A stretch of DNA of 64,000 nt from Takakia lepidozioides. Lineage: Eukaryota; Plantae; Bryophyta. Both the position numbers and the translations under genes were made by a program. Positions 47,512 through 58,169 of this stretch are shown one piece after another (the first letter of the stretch is position 1; every line of letters starts with the position of its first letter). Below the pieces are notes generated by a model. The model saw only the letters and a program-made list of their open reading frames with translations. It was not told the origin of the DNA and did not search any database. The stretch is taken from positions 34,472,001-34,536,000 of the forward strand of contig CM060733.1 of the NCBI GenBank assembly GCA_030704615.1. The letters are read 5' to 3'.

Positions 47512-50500
47512 ATGGTCGGCTTGCAAAAGGCAATGGTAGGCTTGGTGGTTGTGATATTTTTGCTACTCTTCTACAACCTGCTCAACAACCGACCACGGTT
47601 GCTACCTCCTGATACTTCTCAGGTATAAGAGCCTCCACTGCCGTTGCTCCCCCATGCAATATCGTAGAATGCCATGAACTGATTTTTGGCTTATGTCTCC
47701 CAGCTGGAAATGCTGGGGAAGCTTGGATGTTGCCTCCCATACGCCGCTGCAGCCCATTAGTCAGATTCCTACGAATGATAGCTCTTATTGGGTTGGGGGA
47801 CCCAGGTATTGTGTAACTCAGCTGGCTCATGTGTATTTGTATGAAGTTTTAGGCCTCTGCCCTTGTACCGTCCCTTCAGATGGCTTCTTTTGCATTTCAT
47901 AGGAAAACCAATTGAAGAATACAGATGGATGGAGGGTTGGTGATTCAGCATCACCATCTCACCAAAGTCTAGTTCCAAAGGCACAAGATAGCAAGCTATG
48001 GGGAACTTCCTCGCTTCCGCCTCAGCCCTGTTGGAGGCAGCCTTCTAGAAGTGAGTATTTGGCCAGGTATAAGCACACCTTCGATGAACAGATGTATATT
48101 TTTTCTTCTTACATAGAGGGTTTGGGGTATCTCAGTCACGCCATCCTAGGGTTGACTTCCTGTAGCCCCAAAGTTTGCAAGCTACTGTTACTCCATCTCA
48201 AAAAAGTACCACACATTTTGCGTAGTTGTTTTAAGGTGGAAATGAAAAGAATGTAGGGATTGTCAGGTATTTTCTTCACAGATTCTTGGTGTTACCTGGT
48301 TTTTTCTGTGTCAGAATGCAGGACATTTTTGCAGAAACACAATAGCGAGGAAGTGGTAAAGATAGGTAGAGTGAAATATGGGGGCTGTGGTTTGTTCAGA
48401 GACAGGAGGTAAACAGTGGGGATATGTGCTTGTTACATGTTCACGTGGGCCACATTACCACCGTAGTCAGGTACTACTGCACACTCTGTATTTTCCTTGT
48501 ACTCCTAAATGCCTACCCGCCTCATGGTTTTACGATGGTGCAGCAGCAGCATCCTCCTCAGCTTCCAAGGCCCGTGCTTGTTGTAAGAGAGAGTTTTATG
48601 CCTTTAATGCAGTTTGTGTCGTGCAGTGAGGCTTTCTGTCGACTGGTAAGGGGGTCTAGTATCTCTCTCTCTCATCTGTAGTAGGGGTCGTCGTTTATAT
48701 TTTCTATGAAGGACATGATTCTCCATTTATGTACTCCGTGGTAAATTCGCAGGCATGATCGATGTATGTGTATCTTTTGCAGATTGCGAATGCAGTGGTT
48801 GTTGCACGGCAGCTGGGGGCCACACTGGTCCTACCGACAATCAAAGAGTCTGAGAAGGAGCCTAACAGGTACTGTACCTCTCGGTCTGCTGCTGCATTCA
48901 TACCTTTCATTGTTCCAGTCAAGCTGTGCTTGTTTTGGAGGAAGGCTTGTTTTCAGGCTTGCAGCACAAAAGTCTAGCCGGAGGCTGAGGAAACGTGGAT
49001 GTATCTGTCTCTTGCCTTTGTCCCTTGACGTCAATTTCTTACAATGCTGTCTTGGTACAAAGCAGCAACTTTGAGGACCTGTACAATGTGAAGCACTTTA
49101 TAGCCAGCCTGGAGGGCATCGTGCGAATAGTGGGGCGACTTCCCAATGAGGTGCGCCATACTAATATGACTGCTGTCCAAGTCCCCCACAGGATCACCCA
49201 AACATACATTCAAAATCAAATCCGTCCTTTTCTTGAGCAAAATGTGGTCATATTGCTGGATGGCTTCTTGCCTGATTCCAAGTTTAAGGGGGAGAAAGAG
49301 GAAGACATGGAGTTGGAGGCAATACGCTGCCTGGTGGCCTATGATACTTTGTGGTTTATGCCCCAGATACAAAAGCTTGGGGACCGCATGTTGAACCGCA
49401 TGAGAGAGGCAGCCCAGACCTCCAAGGGCCATTTCGTTGCAGTAGACCTTCGCACAGACATGCTGCAGCACAAAACATGTAATCATAGCAATGAACTGGT
49501 GTCTTCCAGGAAACGTTGCTTACCTCCACATGAACTTGGCGTGCTTTTGAAGTCATTTGGATTCCCATCAGAGACAGCTATCTACTTGACTCAGTCTCGA
49601 TTGGACGCGAGTCTTGATCCCCTGAAGAGCATCTATCCCAACATATTTACCAAGGTATAAGAGTCTTTCTGCACCATAAATTCATATGAGAGAGAATGTA
49701 CTCGTAAGACGTCGTTTGCCGTAGCCTTATGGTCATAGACACCACGCCCGGTTTGGGGGGGACGATGGGGAACAGACACTACCTTTGTGAGGGGCTCACT
49801 CCAGTAGTGGGACTTACCTTGCCTTTACATCGGGCATTCATATGTGAGAGAGAGGAACAGAGAGAGAGACAACAAAGAGCAGAGTATAGCTGCAGCTATT
49901 GCATGAAATTTCCTCCTCTCCCAGAGGTTCTATCCACTTTGCAATTCAGGTTTCAGAGAGTGTTAGCACAGTATAGTAGCCGAGCTACTTAATTCTAGCT
50001 TGCACTGGCTGCACATTTAAAAAAAATTGGGATTTGTTTGAGCCTGTGTAGGGGCCTAGGAAAGTATAGATGAGTAAATGCACTCACTGACTGTCCTCCT
50101 GCAGACATAGGCTATGACACATACATATCTCCCCCCCCCTCCCCGCCCCCCCAACAGTATATTAACCGCCCTATTCTGTGGGCATCGTGTATTAATCTCC
50201 AGGGCATGTGAGACTGATTCTGAAATACCATAGTGCTTACATACAGACAACATCAATCCTGTGACGCTTGACACTGATACTATTCTAGAAAGCATGAGGT
50301 TGATGCCAGCATTGACTCGGTGGCCCTCTTGGTGGAACAACATTAGCAGATGTGGCTGTGATTAGCACCAGTTACACTGAGAGGAAAGGTGGGTTTGGTC
50401 AGGTAGCATGGGGATGGGCGTTTGACCAAAAGGTGGGTTGTGTACTTTTCTAAGCAGGAGTATAGCATGCCATTCAATGAGGAGAACCAGTTTCTGTTTT

Positions 50501-50808
50501 CAGGCAAGACTCAAGTCGAGATGGCAGTGGATTTCTATGTGTGCATGCACAGTGATGTGTTTGTGCCCGCTATTCCTGGAACGTTTTACGCAACAGTGGC
50601 TGCCCAGCGCATTGCAGTGGGACGCACCCAGATCCTGGTGCCCGCTTTGAAAGGCCAAGCGACATCCCCCGAGACACGGCTCTCTTTAGCCATTTCACAG
50701 TTTGTATTAAAGAAAGATCAACCTGTCCATTCCTGCTTTTGCAAGAAACTCCCTAGTGCGAACATTCCATCAGTGCATCTTGATGTGAGACTTCAGGGCC
50801 GGGGTTAA
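47512..50808 (+). CDS. GT106/O-fucosyltransferase-family protein, MANNAN SYNTHESIS-RELATED-like; exons 47512-47622, 47903-48050, 48400-48470, 48783-48868, 49066-49654, 50458-50808
   Basis: N-terminal TM, GYVLVTCSRGPHYHRSQIANAVVVARQLGATLVLP, NFEDLYNVKHFIASL, GHFVAVDLR, AVDFYVCMHSDVFVPAIPG, GRTQILVP. Confidence 0.9.
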
Positions 50809-50959
50809 GAATGGCAACAAGGGTGTCCAAACCCTTAAAAGCACAAAGCTGGAGGGACAGTGAAAGGACAAGACACTACAATGTGTAGTTTTCACTTGTA
50901 ATGGCAAGAACAGCCGGAGTACATTTGTGTTTGAGCAAGCCAAGGCAGCCATGCAAGGA

Positions 50960-51275
50960 GCTTGGCAACAACCCATTGAACATGAGTCACGAAGTAGGCT
51001 TTGGTAGCAAGTATCCTCAACAAGTGCATCACCCGATGTGCCTCCTTTCCAAATAATGGAATTCGATATGGCTGTACATCAGGTTCTCAATGGAGGGACA
51101 AGAGTACACCGAACCCCAGGTGATCGAGGGTGCTATGGTTGGCGGACCAGATATACACGACAAGTATAGAGATGTTCGCAACAACTCCAATCAAGGGGAG
51201 CCAATGCTTGCTGGCAATGCAGGGCTCGTTTGAGTTGTCATTGCTCTATCCATTATGACATCCATTGGTCTGGAC
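50960..51275 (+). pseudogene. ~315-bp frameshifted copy of part of GH9 exon 6 (15877-16192)
   Basis: Long identical runs such as TTCCAAATAATGGAATTCGATATGGCTGTACATCA and GTGATCGAGGGTGCTATGGTTGGCGGACCAGATATACA. Confidence 0.92.
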
Positions 51276-51630
51276 CCGTGTTGCGCGGATATTTGATTCA
51301 GCCTCAAACCCTGGCGGATCCCAACCCGGATATATATATGTGGATCTGTCGGAGGTCAAAAAAATCAAATATCCGCCTCCGTTAAGAACCGTTGGACGGG
51401 ATAAGAGATGGGATAACCGTTTGTATTGTTTTTTTACTTGATTTGAACCAAAATTAGTGGTTGAAAAGAAGCAGGTTCATATATCCGGCATTTAAAACTG
51501 GATGTTATAATCCGGATAATAGGCTGTTATTGCGGTCATACACAAACGAGGCCATAGTTGGTGGCCCTCTCTTCATTTCATTTTTACTTGTCACATTCTG
51601 AAAGTATGCATATTTATAACTTCGTATTTT
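51276..51630. mobile_element. One terminus of a probable hAT-like DNA transposon
   Basis: Begins CCGTGTTGCGCGGATAT with multiple CGGATA/TATCCG subterminal motifs; partner end not found. Confidence 0.4.
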
Positions 51631-53033
51631 ATGATGCATTGGTGCTGCTATTTGTGCTATTTGTGCATACCTTTTGACAAATCTTCTGTAATAACTGGTT
51701 TGCCCAAGGAATCTCCTTAAACTCTTAACATTCACTGGTGGTGGAGAGACTTTAATGGCCTCTGTCTTCCGGGGATCCACAAGAAGTTCCTTCTTACACA
51801 CAATGTGTCCCAGAAGCACCCCTGAGTTTACACAGAAAGTACACTTCTCTGGATTCAGGCCCAGACCTCTCATCCTGCATCTGGCCAGACATAACTCCAA
51901 TTTATGCAAGTGCTCATTCTTAGAGCTGTACACACTGAAATCATCCAAGAACACCTGCATGAAATCATCCAGATACTCATGAAAAGATTCACTTATTACT
52001 CTCTGAAAGGTTGCTGGTGCATTACAAAGTCCAAAGGGCATGACTTTGTATGCATAAGCACCCCAGTCTGTGATGAAAGCTGTCTTTCCTTGATCTTCTT
52101 CTGCCACTTGCACTTGATTATAACCACTGAAGCCATCCATGAATGAGTACATCTCATGGCCTGCCACAGTGTCCAATACTGCTTCTGTGAATGGCAAAGG
52201 GAAATGATCTTTTTTCGTACAAGCATTCAGCTTCTTGTAGTTCACACATACTCTTAGTTTACCATTCTTCTTGGGAACTATAACAATGGGTGACAACCAA
52301 GTTGTATACTCTATTGGGTATATAAACTTAGCCTCAGCCAACTTCTTGATCTTTCTCCAACCTTCTGTGCGTAGTTGGGATTCATTCTGTACCTCGCCTG
52401 CTTGATTGGTACTGACCCTGGTTCCAGTTCAATCTTATGCTGACAGACTTCAGGTGGTATCCCTTTTAGATCCTCATAGCTCCAAGCAAATACATCTCTG
52501 TATTTGATGAACAAGCTCTTAGCTTCTTCAAAGAATTCTGGCTCCAAATCAGCTCCTACTTTCACCATCCTCGGTTCCTCTTTAGTTCCCACATTCACTT
52601 CCCTCACCTGCTCATCAGCTGTGATTGTCCAACCAGTCACCACTTTATCCTGTAAGCTCACAGTGGTTGGTTCCTCTAGGATTTCCATTTCTCCTTCTCT
52701 TTCTTCATAGAAATGTGATGGGTAACTGCTGGTTTCCTCTTCAGTTGGTGTTGCTGTCACTACACCACAGCAGATACCTCTTAAACAACTTAGGCTTTCC
52801 AGCCACATCTCTGCAACCTGCTCCCACTCTGGGTGTGCAGCAAACAAGGTAGCTTCTTGCTCCTCATCTAGTCCTCCTCTCCAGTCATACTCTCTGACTC
52901 CTCGAGGTCTTCTCGTAGCAGGTAATCTACTAGATTTCTTTGTGGTAATTTGTATCTCGTGTATCCCATTATGCACGGTTAGTATTGTATCAGATGTCAT
53001 TATGAAAGCTGTCCTGGCGGACTTGTATGTCAA
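51630..53033 (-). pseudogene. Gypsy RT region, frameshifted at ~52330
   Basis: ORFs 52311-53033 (YRDVFAWSYEDLKGIPPEVCQHKIEL) and 51505-52341. Confidence 0.88.
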
Positions 53034-55702
53034 ATGTGGGTATGTGTAAGATGCAAAGGGAGTGTAAATGGGGCTGGTTTCATGTTACTTAGACCAAGCT
53101 TCTTTCTTAATTGGTCTGTCATGATATTTACTCCAGAACCTCCATCTATCAGTACATCAGTTAGTTCTGTGCTTCCAATTCTCAATTGGATTATTGGCAT
53201 AGAATCATCAAAGTCCATGACTGTTTCTCGCCCTTCCGGCTTCACATTATAACTGGTCACCTTGCTGTTCAGGTCTGTGTTTCCTGTCTCCAAGGCAATT
53301 CGATTGATTGCTTGATACAGCCTGTGCCTACAATAAGGTGCCACAGCCAATAGCTGTCCAATGGTAATCTCTGCTTTGGTCTGGCATATTACTTCAGCCA
53401 AAGTCTCTTCATTACTTTGCATGTCTGCATCTTTTTTCTTCCTTTTATCCTTACTCACTTCTTCTTCTCCATCAGAATCAGAGGATTCTGCCACAGGAAT
53501 ATCAGTACTCTTCTGCATTTCCCTTATGGTGTCTGCCACTTCCTTGTGCAGTTCCTTCTCATCTTTCCAAGTCTCTTCATCTTCAGGCATATCACTGCCA
53601 CATTCATTATCATCATCTTCCTCAACTACTGGAGGCATTAATTTGGTTTTGCTTCTGGTTACTATCATTGTACTTACTTCTGGTACAACACATGGCCTAA
53701 CCATGTGAGCTGCCACCACTGGGCCCTCATTCATAGGAGCTCTCATCTCATTCTGGTGTCTAATCCAAAATGAACAGGCTGCCTTGCAATGTCCTGGCTG
53801 ATTACATAGTTCTTCACCATTGGGTCCTCGCCCTTGGTCTGCTCTTGGATTATTTCTGTAATCCCGATTCCCGGGCTGGTAATTCCCCCTTGGATTACCT
53901 TGATAGTTGCCTCTGGAATTTCCTTGGTAATTCCCTCTTGAATTACCTCTCCCTTCCATGCCATTGTTATAACCACCAGACCTACCATAGTGGTCCTGAT
54001 CATTGTTTCTTCTTGGCTGGGGCTGCACCTGATGCACCCTTACTTGCCTAGGTTCTCTTGCAGCTGTCCTTCTGTTGTAGTAACAATTCTCAGTAAAATG
54101 GTTATCCATTTTACAGATAGTACAATGTTTCTCCTTCATGTGGCATTCTGTGGTGGTATGGCCTTCATTCTGGCACTTTGCACACCATACACCCTTCCTC
54201 CAATGTGTTGCAGCCTCTGTGGCATACTTCTTCAAGATTTCTTCCAATCTTTTCTCATAGTTATCCCTCTTCAACTTCTCCTTTCTCTTACTCTTCATTT
54301 TTAGTTCTTGCTCTTCTTCTTCATCTGACTCATCCTCAGAGTCCTCATCATCCCTTTTCTCTCTCCTGAGCATTCCCAATTGCTCAATTCTGTTTGCAGT
54401 TTCAAATGCCTCCTCCACTGTATTATGGGGTAACATATCCACTTTCTTTTGCAACTCTGGTCTTAGTCCACTCACAAACCAAGTCTTCTGTAAACCGGGT
54501 GCTGGTACTGCAGCCAACTTTTTCATCATCAATTCCATCTTTTCCATATACTCCTCAACAGTTTCATGCTTCTTTTGCTTTAACTGTTGTAAACTTCCAT
54601 ACACTTCATCCTCAATTTTACTTGTCCTGAACCTATTTCGGAATGCTGTATTCAAGCCATTCCAGGTTAGGAAATGATTATCAGGGAATCTTGCATACCA
54701 TTCACTTGCTTTCTTGATAAGTGAACAAGGAAACAATCTCATCTTGGCATCATCGCCATTCTCATTGTTCACTATACACATGTGCTCAAATTGGCTAATG
54801 TGTACATCGGGATCCCCTTTTCCTGAATATATTGGAAAAGGTGGTTTTGCCCGTGTTGGTTGTAACGCCATCTGTGGCCCTACCTTCTGCCCACTGACAG
54901 GTGCTGGCACCCTTGCTGGTGCTGGTCCTTCTGGACCTGTTGTTTTTGTGGTGGATCTTCCACCAAGTGGTGGCCCTTGAGCACTCCCTGCTACTGGCCC
55001 CACGATATTCACAGTATTCCCAGCTTCAGTTGCACTACTTCCCACACTCCCTGTCCCCCCAGAGCCAGATCCAGGCCGCTCGCCTGATCCCCCTGAGCCG
55101 ACACCTTCGTTGGCCTGTGATCCAAGTGCTCCACTTGATCCAGGTCCAACGGGTTGGGATGTCCTGGTTGTAGTCTCAACCTCAGCTGTTGGGTCTACTT
55201 CTTCATACTCTTCCTCTTCCAATTTCTTCTCTCTGTTTTCATCCTCCAAGTTCCGTCCTTGGGTTTCTTCTTCACTCATGTAACTCAACTGCAATGGTGT
55301 TGGAGAGTCTGAACTCTCCGTTGGCTCTGCCATATCCTCTCCTCCTCCTTCACCTTCTGCTTCAGAAACTGGAGTTCCTGCTTTTGGTGTTCCATGCCAA
55401 CTCTTATCAAAGATTTCTGTCAAATCTTTTATCCAGGGATGTACCTCAGATCTTTCACCTCGTGATTGATCTTCTTCCCGTACCAATTCCCTTAATCTTT
55501 CTTGCAAAGAAACAGAAGGAGTGGCATCCAACTCTAGTTCTTCTGGTATGGGTGATGTACTCTTTGATCTTAATGGTGTGAGAGGTCCAGATGATTCCCC
55601 TATGTCTATTCCTCTCTCCCAAAGATATGGATAATTAGCTTTCAGATAGCTTTCTCTTTTTGCTGAATATCTCTGGCGTCTAGCTTCTCTTTCATCACTC
55701 AT
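53030..55702 (-). CDS. Gag-protease polyprotein (890 aa)
   Basis: Retrotransposon gag core (YSGKGDPDVHISQFE, LKQKKHETVEEY), knuckles CAKCQNEGHTTTEC and CTICKMDNHFTENC, protease motif VLIDGGSGVNIM. Confidence 0.9.
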   Translation of the reverse strand: MSDEREARRQRYSAKRESYLKANYPYLWERGIDIGESSGPLTPLRSKSTSPIPEELELDATPSVSLQERLRELVREEDQSRGERSEVHPWIKDLTEIFDKSWHGTPKAGTPVSEAEGEGGGEDMAEPTESSDSPTPLQLSYMSEEETQGRNLEDENREKKLEEEEYEEVDPTAEVETTTRTSQPVGPGSSGALGSQANEGVGSGGSGERPGSGSGGTGSVGSSATEAGNTVNIVGPVAGSAQGPPLGGRSTTKTTGPEGPAPARVPAPVSGQKVGPQMALQPTRAKPPFPIYSGKGDPDVHISQFEHMCIVNNENGDDAKMRLFPCSLIKKASEWYARFPDNHFLTWNGLNTAFRNRFRTSKIEDEVYGSLQQLKQKKHETVEEYMEKMELMMKKLAAVPAPGLQKTWFVSGLRPELQKKVDMLPHNTVEEAFETANRIEQLGMLRREKRDDEDSEDESDEEEEQELKMKSKRKEKLKRDNYEKRLEEILKKYATEAATHWRKGVWCAKCQNEGHTTTECHMKEKHCTICKMDNHFTENCYYNRRTAAREPRQVRVHQVQPQPRRNNDQDHYGRSGGYNNGMEGRGNSRGNYQGNSRGNYQGNPRGNYQPGNRDYRNNPRADQGRGPNGEELCNQPGHCKAACSFWIRHQNEMRAPMNEGPVVAAHMVRPCVVPEVSTMIVTRSKTKLMPPVVEEDDDNECGSDMPEDEETWKDEKELHKEVADTIREMQKSTDIPVAESSDSDGEEEVSKDKRKKKDADMQSNEETLAEVICQTKAEITIGQLLAVAPYCRHRLYQAINRIALETGNTDLNSKVTSYNVKPEGRETVMDFDDSMPIIQLRIGSTELTDVLIDGGSGVNIMTDQLRKKLGLSNMKPAPFTLPLHLTHTHI

Positions 55703-55724
55703 GTCCCATGTCTTTCATTTCTTT

Positions 55725-56420
55725 TTAATGTGGCAATAACCAAAACTCTCTTCTGTAATATCTCTCGTATATGTCTGGGTTTCTTTCAAGCTTCAATGCA
55801 CCCTTGGCTATACTTGAAGTCTCCGTTACCATATAACCATATGGCAAACAAGTCTGGAAAGTTGTTCTTGGTGTGAGTTTGATCCACAAAATATCCTTTG
55901 GAATCCAATTCTTTACCAGTACAAGCTCTTCATGCATATGAATATAAACATTCACTTTTCTTTCCTCCCAGCCTTCAAACTCTACTCGCTTAATGGATAG
56001 CACTGCTATCACATATACCAATGTTGGTAACCAACGTGCTCTTCCTCTACAGGCCACCTGATAAATCTTTATCACTCCTTTCTCCAGACCCCACTCAGGG
56101 TCAGCATCATGCACTCTCTTAAGAATGTTTTCTTTACAACCGTTTGGCAATTCCAAAAACCTCTCGAAGAATTGTTTGGACAATCTTTCCTTCTCAGTTT
56201 CACAAGGAATTTGATTCACATCAAATTCTTTAATTTTCCAACCACCATGATCCCACCAGATGCCTGTCACATCTGGTTGTTCATGACCCAGTTCCCCAGT
56301 ATGGTCGCCAAATGTCGCGCGGCTTTTACTCACCCATCCCTTCGCTATCCTAGGCGGAAACTCCAAGATAGAAGAGTTGGAAATCTCTAAGTACTCAGCC
56401 CGCTCAGAACAATCAGTCAT
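55725..56420 (-). CDS. Extra ORF upstream of gag, unknown function (231 aa)
   Basis: Uninterrupted ATG-initiated ORF ending 22 bp before the gag ATG; no motif recognised. Confidence 0.55.
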   Translation of the reverse strand: MTDCSERAEYLEISNSSILEFPPRIAKGWVSKSRATFGDHTGELGHEQPDVTGIWWDHGGWKIKEFDVNQIPCETEKERLSKQFFERFLELPNGCKENILKRVHDADPEWGLEKGVIKIYQVACRGRARWLPTLVYVIAVLSIKRVEFEGWEERKVNVYIHMHEELVLVKNWIPKDILWIKLTPRTTFQTCLPYGYMVTETSSIAKGALKLERNPDIYERYYRREFWLLPH

Positions 56421-56974
56421 GACCTACAGCTAGTGTATCATGGGGGTGTTTCCTATTTGTTTTCCTTCCCGCATTCATGTTAGCTAGCTACCTTACTATT
56501 GATAATTAAGTATCAAATTGCTTCATCAATCTATCGGATTCCATCAACTCATCCATTCATTCCACAGCTTCACTCAGATCTCTCTACACAGTGTGAGTAT
56601 GAAGTGTGTATCAGATTAATATCTATCAAGTATCAGGCTAAAGCCCTGGAGTCTCTAATCTGCTCTACATTATAATTCTACTGCGTGCTTCCATTAAGCA
56701 TCACAGATCATCCTCCTCCTACTCCGTGCTCTCCCTCTTTCTGCTCAGAGATACGCCCTCTGCCTCATTTCCCCCAGTGATGTCCGAAGTCCCCTCCCCA
56801 AGTGATCTCAAGAATCGATCCTTTTCCAGTCATTGCTCCTCGCTTTATCTTCCTACCCGTTGTTCTAACCGTTTCCATCACTAACCGTCGTCCGTGAACT
56901 AACATGTTTCATTCGCAGGTGTTGTTCCCCACAGTCGTTCCCTGTCATGCTATCCGTTCCCTATGGTCATGACC

Positions 56975-57153
56975 GCTGTGTCAAGCTGTGACTGGCTGTG
57001 TGAAACTGTGACCGGCTGTGACTGGCTGTGTCGGCTGTGACGGGCTATGTTGGCTGTGATGGGCTGTGTCGGGCAGTGACGAGCTATGTTGACTGTGTCT
57101 GGCTGTGTCGGCTGTGTCGGACTGTGACGGGCTGTGTTGGCTGTGACGGGTTG
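56975..57153. repeat. Degenerate 9-10 bp minisatellite (GGCTGTGTC/GGCTGTGAC) within the putative LTR
   Basis: Read directly from the sequence. Confidence 0.9.
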
Positions 57154-58169
57154 TGTAACCCCCCTCTAAAGTGCGCTGCTGTCACCCCTAAGGCTCCTGT
57201 TGGTCTCAGTCTGTGCAAAAATTAAGGGTACCCCACAGATCCCGTATAAGTGTCTAAGTCCCAGACAGTCCTCTAACAGCGGCATTGAACGTGAGATACA
57301 TATCCACAAACGCACAGGTACAACAACTCGACGCGCCCAAACAGTGAGGGTATGGTACAATTCGGAGGGTTAGAATTGTTGGGGATGAATTCATTCCTCC
57401 ATCTTGGGAGCTAGCAGGGAAAATGCCCAGGGAAACAAATGTTGAGCTTGCCAAAGTTCAACATAACAATGAGACGTTGGCTGTAAAGTTCTATCATTTC
57501 GGCATCATAAAGTATTTTGCGTTGCATCCACGTCGAAATGAAGGTTACACACATTGGTGGAATGGGGGGACCATATGATCATGGTTGAGTATTGACAGGA
57601 AATGAGGGAATGATCGGGATAACATGGAGTTAATGGAACGACGGGGGACGGAGCAGGAAATGCAGGAGGTCAACTGACTGGTTCGATTCCGATTCGCACC
57701 CAATTGGCATGGGCGCTTTTGCACATCATGCTCAACGTCCATAATCACCACCTCTTGCACACCGACATACCTTTGCAATTGGAAAGATAGCCCAGGCAAT
57801 AAATGGGGGTAACACGTTCGATGCAAGTCTGTTCAACGATATGTCTGTTGGAACCTGTTTTGCTTCCGCTCTGGAAAACTTGTGTGTAGACACAGTAGAG
57901 TTGCGGTACAAACTAGAAAATGTTGTGAAGCGTTTCATGACGGAGCTATTCAATTGGCCTGAGCCCAAAAATTGCTGGAGGATGGATAGAAACTTGTAGA
58001 CCTCTGACTGTACATCATGTTTGAATAAATGTTGTTTTCAATTGTGTTTGTCTCGTACCATAATGTTTTAATGGTTTGTTACTTGGCCATGGCACCTGGG
58101 TCCATCATATGGGATAATCAAGCACCACACCCACGAATCTTGAAGAGTGACAGTGTACACCGGGTCAAT

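Larger units (their letters stand above)
51630..57359 (-). mobile_element. Ty3/gypsy element (Athila/Tat-like RT): putative 5' LTR, extra ORF, gag-protease and RT; truncated before RNase H/integrase
   Basis: RT motifs WLSPIVIVPKKNGKLRVCVNY, FMDGFSGYNQ, MPFGLCNAPATFQR and VFLDDF. LTR limits (~56441-57359) are inferred only from TG/CA ends. Confidence 0.88.

Noticed and set aside
57335-57346. GCCCAAACAGTG matching one arm of the array palindrome
   Set aside because: Single 12-mer without the partner arm; compatible with chance.
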